A program made the translations under genes and the position numbers. Positions 35,790 through 44,936 of a stretch of DNA of 64,000 bases are shown piece by piece. Location: the NCBI GenBank assembly GCA_021372315.1, contig JAJFUT010000065.1:1508-65507 (forward strand). The letters are read 5' to 3'. The notes beneath the pieces were generated by a model, which did not search any database, was not told the DNA's origin, and worked only from the letters and a program-made list of their open reading frames with translations. Numbering within the stretch: position 1 is the stretch's first letter; each line of letters opens with the position of its first letter. The stretch is from Methanobacteriota archaeon. GTDB lineage: Archaea; Thermoplasmatota; Thermoplasmata; Methanomassiliicoccales; UBA472.

Positions 35790-37232
35790 TCAACAATCGT
35801 AGTAGAGGAAAAACTCCCACGGGTGCGGGCGCAGCCTTATGGCATCGCATTCCTTGACCCTCTTGTATTCGATCCATGTATCGATCAGATCATGGGTGAA
35901 CACATTGCCCTGGCATAGGAAGTCGTTATCGGCCTCTAATGCTTCAAGCGACTTGTCCAGGCTACCGGGGACCTGCTTGATCGACGCAGCTTCCTCTATG
36001 GACAGTTCGAAGAGGTCAGTATCATGGGGCTCGCCCGGACTGATCTTCTTCTTGATACCATCCAGACCGGCCATGAGCATGGCGGAGAACGCGAGATACG
36101 GGTTGGACGTGGCGTCTGGCGGCCTGTACTCGATCCTCTTGGCCCTGGGGTTCTTGCTGTACATCGGAACACGTATGGCTGCGGACCTGTTGCTCATCGA
36201 ATAAACAAGATTGACCGGAGCCTCATATCCAGGCACCAGACGGCGATACGAGTTCGTCGACGGGGATGTCAGTCCCAACAAGGCCGCCGAGTGCTCTAAC
36301 AGGCCTCCGATGTAATAGAGGGCGGTCTGGCTCAATTGGGCATAGCCCTCCTCGTCATAGAACACGTTCTTTCCGTCCTTCATAAATGACTGGTGCACAT
36401 GCATACCCGTGCCATTGTCGCCAAACAAGGGCTTTGGCATGAAGGTGAGGGTCTTACCGAACTCACGGGCCGTGTTCTTCAGGATGTACTTGTACATCAT
36501 GACCTCATCCGCCTTCTTGGTCAAGTTGGCGAACTTCATACCGATCTCACATTGGCCAGCGGTAGCGACCTCATGGTGGTGCACCTCGCATTCGATGCCG
36601 CTTTGTTCCAGGCGGATGACGCATTCCGAACGAAAGTCCTGCAGCGTATCGACCGGCGGGACAGGGAAGTATCCTTCCTTGTTGCGGGGGCGGTGCCCTA
36701 GATTGGGAGTGCCGTTCCGGCCCGAGTTCCATATGCCCTCCTCTGAATCGATGTAGTAATAGCCTGAGTTCTGGTTCTGGTCGAAGCTGACCGAGTCGAA
36801 TACGAAAAATTCAAGCTCTGGACCGAAGTATGCGACATCCCCCAGTCCGGTAGTCTTCAGATATGCCTCGGCCTTTTGGGCGATGTAGCGGGGATCTCTT
36901 TCAAATCGCTCTGTGGTAAGAGGATGGGCCACATCACATATCACTGACAACGTTGGGACCTGACAAACGGGATCAACGACCGCAGAGTCCGGATCGGGAA
37001 TGAGGACCATGTCGCTCTCATCGATGTGAGTGAATCCGCGGATGCTGGAACCATCGAACCCGTGGCCTTCACCGAACTTGCTCTCATCCAGCAACCTGGC
37101 TGGAACGGAGACATGCTGCATGATGCCTGGCATGTCCGTGAACTTGAAGTCCACCATCTTCACACCCTTTGCCAATTTCATGGCGTTGGCAACCTTATCC
37201 TCGTACTTTTCAGCGTCTTTCTTTCTAGCCAT
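35790..37232 (-). CDS. glnA: glutamine synthetase type I
   Basis: GS beta-grasp and catalytic motifs (GSSIRGF, FGDNGTGMHVHQS, NSYRRLVPGYEAP). ATG at 37232, with an alternative GTG at 37244. Confidence 0.95.
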   Translation of the reverse strand: MARKKDAEKYEDKVANAMKLAKGVKMVDFKFTDMPGIMQHVSVPARLLDESKFGEGHGFDGSSIRGFTHIDESDMVLIPDPDSAVVDPVCQVPTLSVICDVAHPLTTERFERDPRYIAQKAEAYLKTTGLGDVAYFGPELEFFVFDSVSFDQNQNSGYYYIDSEEGIWNSGRNGTPNLGHRPRNKEGYFPVPPVDTLQDFRSECVIRLEQSGIECEVHHHEVATAGQCEIGMKFANLTKKADEVMMYKYILKNTAREFGKTLTFMPKPLFGDNGTGMHVHQSFMKDGKNVFYDEEGYAQLSQTALYYIGGLLEHSAALLGLTSPSTNSYRRLVPGYEAPVNLVYSMSNRSAAIRVPMYSKNPRAKRIEYRPPDATSNPYLAFSAMLMAGLDGIKKKISPGEPHDTDLFELSIEEAASIKQVPGSLDKSLEALEADNDFLCQGNVFTHDLIDTWIEYKRVKECDAIRLRPHPWEFFLYYDC

Positions 37233-37261
37233 CGTATGCCTCACAGTATTGCGGGCGGTCG

Positions 37262-37293
37262 GGTCGGAGTCTCATACGGTGGGTACTCCGACC
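37262..37293 (-). promoter_or_regulatory. stem-loop in the putative glnA 5' leader
   Basis: Perfect 9-bp inverted repeat GGTCGGAGT / ACTCCGACC with a 14-nt loop, 30-60 nt upstream of the glnA start. Confidence 0.35.
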
Positions 37294-37434
37294 GACGCCC
37301 TTTCGTTCCCTGCGCCGAAACCTCGACGTTTTCCGCGAGCCGGAGCCTCCGGCAGGGACCGCAAATGCGCCATAGATAAATCAATAATATAATCTTATTT
37401 TCCTAGTCATACATCTCATTAACAAAGAGAATGA

Positions 37435-37448
37435 TGTACATATGTACA
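37435..37448. promoter_or_regulatory. perfect 14-bp palindrome TGTACATATGTACA in the glnA/tyrS intergenic region (candidate regulator site)
   Basis: Read directly from the sequence. Lies ~45-55 nt upstream of the AT-rich candidate glnA TATA region (about 37383-37392). Confidence 0.3.
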
Positions 37449-37640
37449 AAGGTAAAAATATGAAATATAGCTGCTGGACAGTCTTGTAGGCACATATACA
37501 AAACAGCTCTGTTCCGTCCATTTCCCATGCCGCATCTATCGGCGGGCCGTCAATTTGGCTTGTTCTCATCAGCATGACCGCCAGTGAGAGCGACCCACAG
37601 AATCACTAAATAACGGGCGAATCATTCAAGCTCGATTCTT

Positions 37641-38696
37641 ATGGACCTGGAGGCAAGATACCAACTAGTCGCGAGGAACGCCGAGGAGATAGTGACGCCC
37701 GAGGACCTTCGCCAGCTGCTGGCGACGAAGGAGAGGCCGTGCGGCTATATCGGTTTCGAGCCATCCGGACTGGTCCACATCGGGTGGATGGTCTGCTCGC
37801 AGAAGGTCAAGAACTTCATCGATGCGGATTTCGATTTCATCATATTCCTGGCCGATTGGCACGCATACCTCAACGACAAGCTCGGCGGGGACATCCAGAA
37901 CATCCGTGCCTGCGCGGAGTACATGAAGGACTGCTTCGAGGCGCTGGGCGTGCCTAGGGAAAAGGTACGCTTCGTCATGGCCTCCGAACTGATGGACATA
38001 ACCTACTGGGAGAAGGTCATGAAGATCGGAAAGGTCTCGAGCCTCACACGCGTCAAGCGTGCGCTGACGATCATGGGAAGGAACGAGGACGAGGCTGAGA
38101 TAGACTCTTCGAAGACCCTTTACCCGCTCATGCAGGCGGCCGACATATTCCAGATGGACGTGGACGTGGCCTATGCAGGCATGGACCAGAGGAAGGCCCA
38201 TATGCTGGCGAGGGAGGCGGCCGAACGCCTGAAGTGGAAGAAGGCCGTCGCGATCCACACGCCGCTGATATCGGGCCTGAAGGGCGGCAACAGGATGGAC
38301 CCGTTGGCATCCAAGATGTCCAAGAGCGACCCCGATAGCGGGATCCTCATACACGATTCCCCCGAGGACATCAAGAGGAAGATCGGCAAGGCGTTCTGCC
38401 CTCCCGAGGTGGAAGGGAACCCGGTCCTTCAGATCGCGAACTTCATCATATTCGAGCGCGTTGACAACTTCCAGATAAAGCGCCCGGAGAAGTTCGGAGG
38501 CAACCTGGAGTTCAGCTCCTACGCGGACCTCGAGGCCTCGTTCATCGCAGGCAAGATCCATCCGATGGACCTTAAGAACAACGTTGCAGAGACCCTCGCG
38601 GAGATACTTGCCCCGGCAAGGGAGTATTTCGCGAAGAAGCCGGAGAACTACGAAAAGGTGAAGGGCATAATATCGGAGCTCAAGACACTGCGCTGA
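37641..38696 (+). CDS. tyrS: tyrosyl-tRNA synthetase (archaeal type)
   Basis: N-terminal region YIGFEPSGLVHIGW (HIGH-like), LADWHAYLNDK, KMSKSDP. Close resemblance to the archaeal TyrRS layout. Confidence 0.9.
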   Translation: MDLEARYQLVARNAEEIVTPEDLRQLLATKERPCGYIGFEPSGLVHIGWMVCSQKVKNFIDADFDFIIFLADWHAYLNDKLGGDIQNIRACAEYMKDCFEALGVPREKVRFVMASELMDITYWEKVMKIGKVSSLTRVKRALTIMGRNEDEAEIDSSKTLYPLMQAADIFQMDVDVAYAGMDQRKAHMLAREAAERLKWKKAVAIHTPLISGLKGGNRMDPLASKMSKSDPDSGILIHDSPEDIKRKIGKAFCPPEVEGNPVLQIANFIIFERVDNFQIKRPEKFGGNLEFSSYADLEASFIAGKIHPMDLKNNVAETLAEILAPAREYFAKKPENYEKVKGIISELKTLR

Positions 38697-38705
38697 GCTC
38701 CTTCC

Positions 38706-39665
38706 TTATCTCTCCTTATCGGCGATCGAGCGAAGGAAGTCCATCGCCCTTGACATGCATATGTTGGCGATGGCCTCGGCGTCACCAACGCCTGTCAGGC
38801 CTGCGGCCCCGGGATGTCCCCCGCCCTCGGCCGTCATCTCCTTGCCTATGTCCTCGAGCATCTTGCCGAGGTGTAGTCCGGCGCGCACCATGTCCTGCCT
38901 CGCCCTGGCGCTCAGCCTGAAGTTCTCGTCCCTCTGGGACACGACGAAGGATATGTCCGCCCCGATCGAAAGGAGGCCTTTGCACACCGAGCTCTCGAAC
39001 GAGGAGCCGAGAGAGACTGCGACGATGTTCTGCCCTATCCTCTCGAACCTCAGCCTCTGTGCTCCCTTCAGCACGGCGATCCTCTCAGAAACGTCCGACT
39101 CGAGGTCGGTCAGGTCATATGCCTCATCCATCTGGATCCCGGTCTCTTGCATGATCAGCGAGAAATACGTGAACAATCCAGGGGTCGCGAACCTGAAGTG
39201 GCCGCTGTCGGTCATCATCCCCGCGAGCAGGGCCAGCCCCGCGTTCCTTCCTACATGGACGCCGGCCTCCTTCAGAAGGTCGTAAACGAGCTCTGCGCAG
39301 CTTCTCTTCGTATCGTCGCAGAAGTATTTGCATGCACCCCATTTCTCGGTGCGGCAATGATGATCGATGACGATCCACGAGTTGTCATGGAGGTTCATCC
39401 CGCCCAGCTGCTCCGGCGAGCTCGTATCGACGACGACGATCGCGTCGTAATCGTGGACGTCCGCGATCGTCAGCGGTTCGAAGCCGAAATTCTTCGCGAT
39501 GACCTTCGAGACGCGGTCCATGCCGTTGGGGGCGCAGATGTCAACGTCAGGGAACGATTCTCTGATGGAAAAGGCGCATCCGAACGCGTCCGGGTCTGCG
39601 TTCCCATGGATCAGAACAAGCTTCCTTCCTGAGCGCAGTCGATCCAGGACACTTTCGAACATCAA
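38706..39665 (-). CDS. DHH/DHHA1 family phosphoesterase (NrnA-like)
   Basis: Motifs HGNADPDA, VVVDTS, IDHH and GGGHPGAAG. Confidence 0.8.
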   Translation of the reverse strand: MMFESVLDRLRSGRKLVLIHGNADPDAFGCAFSIRESFPDVDICAPNGMDRVSKVIAKNFGFEPLTIADVHDYDAIVVVDTSSPEQLGGMNLHDNSWIVIDHHCRTEKWGACKYFCDDTKRSCAELVYDLLKEAGVHVGRNAGLALLAGMMTDSGHFRFATPGLFTYFSLIMQETGIQMDEAYDLTDLESDVSERIAVLKGAQRLRFERIGQNIVAVSLGSSFESSVCKGLLSIGADISFVVSQRDENFRLSARARQDMVRAGLHLGKMLEDIGKEMTAEGGGHPGAAGLTGVGDAEAIANICMSRAMDFLRSIADKER

Positions 39666-39707
39666 CTATCACAAATCTCGGTAATTGGATTTGAAAGGGG
39701 TTTAGGT

Positions 39708-40070
39708 TCAGTTCTCTTCTTCGCCAGCGACAGGTCCCTGACCGAGCGCTTTGGAGATCTGGTCCTGCATGACCTGATACTTCTCGCGGAACATCTTCTC
39801 CTGGCGGTCCAGGGTCTTGACCCTGATCTCGGCGGTCTCCTTGTCGTCCTCGATCTCCTTGAGAAGGGCTTCCTTGTCCTTCACGGCGATCATAAGGGAA
39901 CCGACGCTCTTGTACATCGGCGTGTCAGCGGTGGCCTTCTTCAGCTCTTCGATGGTCATCTCCAGCTCTTTGAGCTGAGCCTCCATCCTGAACTTCTGCT
40001 GAAGGACGCCCTGAAGCTGCTGCTGCAGCTGCTGGAACTGTGCGATCTGATTCTGTAGCTTGGGGCTCAT
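39708..40070 (-). CDS. pfdB: prefoldin subunit beta
   Basis: Coiled-coil protein, QNQIAQFQQLQQQLQ N-terminus. The ATG at 40070 lies just after the pcc1 stop. The ORF is open to 40088. Confidence 0.85.
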   Translation of the reverse strand: MSPKLQNQIAQFQQLQQQLQGVLQQKFRMEAQLKELEMTIEELKKATADTPMYKSVGSLMIAVKDKEALLKEIEDDKETAEIRVKTLDRQEKMFREKYQVMQDQISKALGQGPVAGEEEN

Positions 40071-40071
40071 T

Positions 40072-40314
40072 TCATCCATTTTTCTCACCTATGCTCTTGC
40101 TCATATTCTCTGCGATGACCATCCATCTGAGATAGGAGTTGAGGGCAGCTCTCATGGCCGATACGTCGGTGGCTTCCACCTTCAAGACGACGTCCTCCCC
40201 TTCCTTGTCCGCCCAGACCTTCGTGCGAGGTATCTCGCGGTCCGCCTCGGGCGTCAAGGAGGCGAGGATGGTGTCAGCGAAGGGGGTCTCCACTCTAAGG
40301 ACGGCCCTGAGCAT
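40072..40314 (-). CDS. pcc1: KEOPS complex subunit Pcc1
   Basis: 80 aa, Pcc1/CTAG-like pattern (ALNSYLRWM). Conserved position next to prefoldin beta in the exosome superoperon. Confidence 0.65.
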   Translation of the reverse strand: MLRAVLRVETPFADTILASLTPEADREIPRTKVWADKEGEDVVLKVEATDVSAMRAALNSYLRWMVIAENMSKSIGEKNG

Positions 40315-40320
40315 CGCTGC

Positions 40321-40461
40321 TCATCTTCCCCTGATGACCTTCTTAACGTTCGGCCTCTCCTTATAGAAGATCTTGCTGCCGCAGTTCTCACATTGCATTC
40401 CGACAGCGTTGACGTTGTTGGAGCGTATGGGCTTATTGCAGCTGCCGCATTTATAGGTCGT
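40321..40461 (-). CDS. rpoP: DNA-directed RNA polymerase subunit P/Rpo12 (zinc ribbon), start codon unresolved
   Basis: Not in the ORF track. My translation: (R)TTYKCGSCNKPIRSNNVNAVGMQCENCGSKIFYKERPNVKKVIRGR. YKCxxC ... CxxCG..I.YK.RP is the RpoP signature. Conserved position after rpl37ae. No ATG/GTG/TTG lies between the upstream in-frame TGA (40465-40467) and the first CxxC. Confidence 0.6.
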   Translation of the reverse strand, partial: TTYKCGSCNKPIRSNNVNAVGMQCENCGSKIFYKERPNVKKVIRGR

Positions 40462-40747
40462 TCTTCACCCCTCCCTCGGGTTTCTCCCTCTCCTTGGCCA
40501 TCTCGAGCTCCTTGGTGGTTATGCTCTTGATGGTCGGAGCGTACGAACCAGCTGCGAACTTAGCGTCGCAGTGCCTGCACTCCCATATGCCGGAGGCCTT
40601 GCGCTTCACGGACGCGTGGTGGCAGGTCGGGCATTCGAACTTGGACCTTTCGATCTTCTCGATGTCCCTGGTGAGCTTGCGGACGACTACACCGTATCTT
40701 GCTCCCATCCTACCGGCGCTTCCCATCTTCTCGGTACCTTTTGCCAT
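40451..40747 (-). CDS. rpl37ae: 50S ribosomal protein eL43 (L37ae)
   Basis: MAKGTEKMGSAGRMGARYG and zinc ribbon CPTCHH...CRHC. The ORF is open to 40756, which overlaps the rrp42 stop. Confidence 0.9.
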   Translation of the reverse strand: MAKGTEKMGSAGRMGARYGVVVRKLTRDIEKIERSKFECPTCHHASVKRKASGIWECRHCDAKFAAGSYAPTIKSITTKELEMAKEREKPEGGVKNDL

Positions 40748-40752
40748 TATGA

Positions 40753-41526
40753 TCACCCTAGCGATTGTCTGATTTCTTTGCCCAGCCTCTGGGACGTCTC
40801 GATGATGTTCTCGATCTGGTCGATGGTAAATGCACCCTTCAGGCCCTTCTGCATGGCCCTCAGGTCGCCATTCTCATCAGTGGTCACGGTAAGCCTCGCG
40901 TCGGCCACTTTTTCTTCGTCGAGAGTCGGATCGAATAATAAAGAGTTTTCTATCTTCACCGCAGTGCAAGAGACAGGCACGGTGCGGAGCGGCATCTTGA
41001 AGTCCTCTCCCTTCTCGTGTGCCTTTGCCGGGACCATCGTGGTCATCAGAGCGGATACCGCTCCCAGCGTGCAGGCGTCGAACAGGTTTCCGTCGTAGTC
41101 CAGGACATAGATGTCGATGAAGTTCATCCAGACCTCCTTGCCCGGCTCGATGCACAGTTTTTCCAGATCGATCATCTGGCTTTCCCTGATGCCGCGGTCG
41201 ACGACACGAGCCAGCTCGATGGAGTTCTCGTCTGGAGGTCCCGCCTCGAACGAGGGGGAGGCCATCGGTATGAGCTCCGCGTTCGTGGAGAGCACTCCCT
41301 TGTCGGGGGTGTCGGCGAACGGCGTGCCTATGAGCATCTTGACACCGACGAGCACATCGGTATTGCCGAGGTGCACCCTTGCGCTCCCTTCAGCGGACTC
41401 GACATAGTTCGTCTCTATGGATAGTGGCCTGAACTCGTCCCAGGCGCGGCCATCAACACGCTTTCCGGTGGAAAGCAGCTTGTGGATGTGGTCCCTCTTG
41501 ATCTCGGATACTACCGATCTTGCCAT
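40753..41526 (-). CDS. rrp42: exosome complex component Rrp42
   Basis: RNase PH-like fold, third gene of the rrp4-rrp41-rrp42 series. Confidence 0.85.
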   Translation of the reverse strand: MARSVVSEIKRDHIHKLLSTGKRVDGRAWDEFRPLSIETNYVESAEGSARVHLGNTDVLVGVKMLIGTPFADTPDKGVLSTNAELIPMASPSFEAGPPDENSIELARVVDRGIRESQMIDLEKLCIEPGKEVWMNFIDIYVLDYDGNLFDACTLGAVSALMTTMVPAKAHEKGEDFKMPLRTVPVSCTAVKIENSLLFDPTLDEEKVADARLTVTTDENGDLRAMQKGLKGAFTIDQIENIIETSQRLGKEIRQSLG

Positions 41527-41528
41527 GT

Positions 41529-42308
41529 TCAGGCCTCCTGGTCCGGAACGGATACAGGCTGCTCCTGCTCGGCCTCAGACTCCACGACGTACCTGCGGCG
41601 CAGGGCGTCCTTCTGGATCTCGTACACTTCCGCGCAGGCCTTCTTGCCCAACGAGATGGCGTACTTGAACTCATCGTAGGTAAGGTGCCCGTCCATCTGC
41701 AACAGGACGACCTCGCCGGTGCGCGGGATCATCGCCATCGGGACGTCCGCCTGGCCGTAATTGTCCTCCTCCTTGTTCAAGTCGAGGACGACCTGGTCGT
41801 TGACCTTTCCGACAGCGATGGCCGGAACGAGGTCCTTCATCGGTATCCCCGCGTCCGCGAGGGCGACGGATGCGGCGGTCAGACCGGCGCACCTTGTTCC
41901 TGCGTTCGCCTGCAGGACCTCTATGAACACGTCGATCGACGTGCGCGGATAGTTCTCGGTGAACACGACGTACTCCATCGCCTCGGAGATGATCTTGGAT
42001 ATCTCGACCGACCTCCTGTCGGGGCCTGGACGTTTCCTGTCGTCCACGGAGAACGAGATCATGTTGTACTTCACCTGCACGATCGCCTTTGCGGGGTTCT
42101 GCATGTGCCTCGGGTGGCATTCCCTAGGTCCGTAGACCGCAGCCAGCACCTTGTTCTTGCCTATCTCCACGTACGCAGACCCATCGGCGTTCTTCAAGAC
42201 GCCCGCCTCTATCTTGATCGGCCTCAGCTCGTCGACCTTTCTTCCGTCGATCCTGATGCCGTTGTCATCGATCAATTTGATATTACTGTTTCCACCCATT
42301 TCAATCAC
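41529..42308 (-). CDS. rrp41: exosome complex exonuclease Rrp41
   Basis: RNase PH signature [32 protein letters not shown]...YGPRE. Confidence 0.9.
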   Translation of the reverse strand: MIEMGGNSNIKLIDDNGIRIDGRKVDELRPIKIEAGVLKNADGSAYVEIGKNKVLAAVYGPRECHPRHMQNPAKAIVQVKYNMISFSVDDRKRPGPDRRSVEISKIISEAMEYVVFTENYPRTSIDVFIEVLQANAGTRCAGLTAASVALADAGIPMKDLVPAIAVGKVNDQVVLDLNKEEDNYGQADVPMAMIPRTGEVVLLQMDGHLTYDEFKYAISLGKKACAEVYEIQKDALRRRYVVESEAEQEQPVSVPDQEA

Positions 42309-42311
42309 CGT

Positions 42312-43037
42312 TTAATTGGTATCCTCTTTGACTTCGCTCTTCTTCGTGACCGATTCAAGGTATTCCTTCACCTTCTCGGTGAGGTGGAGCGTCTGGGCCC
42401 CTTCCTCTATCATCTTGATCGCACGTATCGCGACCAGCATGTTGTCGATATCCCCATCGAGCCATATTCTTCCATTCTGCCCGATGAATATCCTGCAGCT
42501 TGTATAGTTCTTGATCATCTGGATCATCGAACCGCCCTTGCCGATGACCCTAGGGACCTTGCTGTTGGAGATCTCGATGACCTGTCCGCCCTGCAGCTTG
42601 CGGAGGCCCTGCTCCTTCATCGTCACCTGGACCCTCTTGGTCTCGTCGACCATGAGGACCTTCGCCATTATCGTGTCGCCGACCCCGAGGAACCTCGAGG
42701 TGTCTCCGAACTCAACCTTCCATGGCACCTCGGTGACATGCAAAGGTGCGGGATAGGGGGAGTTGATGTCGATCAACCAGTTCGACGGGCCGATGTCCTC
42801 GACCTTGCCGATGATCGTGTCACCAGGGCTGGGGATGTACCTTCCACCTAACGGTATGACGTTGACGAAATTCGATTTAACGCTCTTGATGCCCAGTTGA
42901 GCTGCATAGACCTTTCCGTCCTCGGAATAGGCACCGCTGCCAGGCTTTAATCTTCCAGTGTCGAGGAGGTCTCCTGGTAGGACGACCTCACGGGACGCTC
43001 CGACATTCTCGTTGCTCATGATGCTCTTCAACTCCAT
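42312..43037 (-). CDS. rrp4: exosome complex RNA-binding protein Rrp4 (S1 + KH)
   Basis: S1-like region followed by a KH domain (VPRVIGKGGSMIQMIK). Confidence 0.9.
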   Translation of the reverse strand: MELKSIMSNENVGASREVVLPGDLLDTGRLKPGSGAYSEDGKVYAAQLGIKSVKSNFVNVIPLGGRYIPSPGDTIIGKVEDIGPSNWLIDINSPYPAPLHVTEVPWKVEFGDTSRFLGVGDTIMAKVLMVDETKRVQVTMKEQGLRKLQGGQVIEISNSKVPRVIGKGGSMIQMIKNYTSCRIFIGQNGRIWLDGDIDNMLVAIRAIKMIEEGAQTLHLTEKVKEYLESVTKKSEVKEDTN

Positions 43038-43074
43038 TTCATCGATCGAATCGTTACATTACTTCTTGCGACAG

Positions 43075-43770
43075 TTACTTGACCTGCTTGAACTCCGCGT
43101 TGCCCTTGGTCTTGTGGTTGATGTGGTCGAAGAACTCGTCCCTCATCCCCGCGGGCATCTCGACAACGCCGATCCAGCTGCCGTTCTTCAGCCATTCGTC
43201 CTTTAGGATGCTGCCGAACTGGATTATCTCCTCGTAGCACTTTCCGTACTCGTCGGCGCTGAGCTTGACGGCGATCTTCACCTTGTCGAACCTTATCGGG
43301 ATCAGCGGCCTCAGCTTATCCATGACGGCCTTGATCTGAACATCTACCGGCTTGAACGGGTCTATGTGGACCTTCGCCTCGTCCATCGCCATCTCTATGC
43401 GCTGCGCGGTATGCGGGCCGCCCGTCTGCGGGTTTATCGCGTTCCGGGCTATCTCGGAGATGATCCTCTTCCTCTTGGCCTCGAGCATCTCCTTTCGTTG
43501 CTGCGCGGTGAGCTGGACCTCTCCCTTGAGAATGATCTGTTTCGCTACCTCGACCGTGTCGGTCGTCCCGAAGACCTCCTTCATCTTGTCCTCAGGCGCC
43601 TTCGTTCCCTTGTGAGCGTTCTTGAATATCTCATCTATGACCATGTTGTCAAAGAGGTTGACTTCCTTTCCCTCCTTGAGCTGGTTGACCACCTTTGGGT
43701 CTATGAGAACCTCGAACGACTCGCCGTGGGATTCAAGGCGGGCAACAATCGCATCCTCGATGTCGACCAT
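43075..43770 (-). CDS. sdo1: ribosome maturation protein SBDS/Sdo1
   Basis: SBDS N-terminal FYSH-like sequence (FEVLIDPK...) and position between psmA and rrp4. Confidence 0.85.
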   Translation of the reverse strand: MVDIEDAIVARLESHGESFEVLIDPKVVNQLKEGKEVNLFDNMVIDEIFKNAHKGTKAPEDKMKEVFGTTDTVEVAKQIILKGEVQLTAQQRKEMLEAKRKRIISEIARNAINPQTGGPHTAQRIEMAMDEAKVHIDPFKPVDVQIKAVMDKLRPLIPIRFDKVKIAVKLSADEYGKCYEEIIQFGSILKDEWLKNGSWIGVVEMPAGMRDEFFDHINHKTKGNAEFKQVK

Positions 43771-43780
43771 CTAAACCCCA

Positions 43781-44500
43781 TTAAGAGCTGGCCTGTTTGA
43801 TGTAGGCCTCTACCTCTTGCTCCGTAAGGCGGCGGAAGTCCTCTCCCCTCTTGACCAGTCCGATCTCGACCGCCTTCGGGTTGAGGTTCTCTTCCTCGGT
43901 CGCCTTCTTCAGCGCCTTCAGCCCGAGGGTGACGGCCTCATCCTGGCCCATGCCCTCTTGGTAGGCTTCCTCGAAGACCTCCATTACGGCGTTCCTTCCG
44001 GCCCCGATGCTTCCAGCCTTGTAAGATACAAGGGCCCCGCTCGGGTCCGTCTCGAAGAGGTGCTCACCCTGATCATCGCAGCCAGCGACGAGCAGAGCGG
44101 TTCCGAAGGGCCTCACCCCTCCGTATTGTGTATAGTTCTGCTTGTAGTCGCATATGCGCTTCACTAGGTCCTCGACGCCCATGTTCTCATCATAGGTTAT
44201 CTTGTTCACCTGGGCGATCACCCGCGCTTGGTCCACGAGGATCCTCGCGTCAGCGACGAGCCCCGAGGTCGCGCATCCGATGTGGTGGTCTATCTGGAAT
44301 ATCTTCTCGATGGACTTTGGTTCCATGAGCCTGCTCGCGATCCTCTTGTCCACTATGAGGACCACTCCATCCTTGAACTTGAGTCCGACCGTGGTCGTGC
44401 CTCTCTTGACGGCCTCGCGGGCGTACTCAACCTGGAACAATCTTCCATCTGGCGAAAAAACCGTGATAGCCCTATCATAGGCCATTTGTCCTGGCTGCAT
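43781..44500 (-). CDS. psmA: proteasome subunit alpha
   Basis: YDRAITVFSPDGRLFQVEYA N-terminal signature. Confidence 0.95.
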   Translation of the reverse strand: MQPGQMAYDRAITVFSPDGRLFQVEYAREAVKRGTTTVGLKFKDGVVLIVDKRIASRLMEPKSIEKIFQIDHHIGCATSGLVADARILVDQARVIAQVNKITYDENMGVEDLVKRICDYKQNYTQYGGVRPFGTALLVAGCDDQGEHLFETDPSGALVSYKAGSIGAGRNAVMEVFEEAYQEGMGQDEAVTLGLKALKKATEEENLNPKAVEIGLVKRGEDFRRLTEQEVEAYIKQASS

Positions 44501-44610
44501 CTAATCACTCCTTACGCTAATCGAACCACCTAAGAAACGAAGCAATATATATTTATTGGGTAACTTGAACGCAACCAAAGAAGATGCTGGCTAGCTCGAT
44601 CTTGGCTTTC

Positions 44611-44928
44611 TCATCGAGAACGTGGCGGTTTCTCGCCGTTGAAATATCTCTCCCTCAGGGTCTTGAGCGTCCCGGAGGTTCTGACGGTGCGGAGCAGGGT
44701 GCCTCCCCCCGCGCCGTTGATGAGATCCATCAGGGGCTCCACGTCCTTGAGGTAGCATCTCACGATGCCTTTGACGCCATCGAACTGAATGACCTTCAAG
44801 GACGGAGCCTTCCCCGCCTCCGCGGGGGAGACGACCGACCTTATGAAATCCTCGCGGGAGGTAAGGTCACCGCTCGCGGACTCGATATAGATGTACCTGC
44901 GCCTGCCCCGTTTGGATTTGACCGTCAT
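44611..44928 (-). CDS. rnp2: RNase P protein component 2 (Pop5)
   Basis: 105 aa, KRGRRRYIYIE N-terminus. Conserved position upstream of psmA. Confidence 0.75.
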   Translation of the reverse strand: MTVKSKRGRRRYIYIESASGDLTSREDFIRSVVSPAEAGKAPSLKVIQFDGVKGIVRCYLKDVEPLMDLINGAGGGTLLRTVRTSGTLKTLRERYFNGEKPPRSR

Positions 44929-44936
44929 CTAAGTGA

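Noticed and set aside
37272-37373. 33-codon upstream ORF (MAHLRSLPEAPARGKRRGFGAGNERASVGVPTV) in the glnA leader
   Set aside because: - Its ATG lies within ~10-20 nt of the AT-rich TATA-like zone, so it is probably upstream of, or at, the TSS.
- It has no SD.
- It shows only a modest third-position GC bias.

It is kept only as a remote possibility of leader-peptide control.
37381-37575. 64-codon minus-strand ORF in the glnA-tyrS intergenic region
   Set aside because: It is AT-rich with atypical codon composition (Cys/Ile/Phe/Tyr-rich) and no SD. It lies across the putative promoters.
41520-42851. 443-aa ORF on the plus strand
   Set aside because: It is antisense to rrp41 and rrp4, which are unambiguous. 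Its composition (runs of R, D, L, V, H) is typical of a GC-rich shadow frame.
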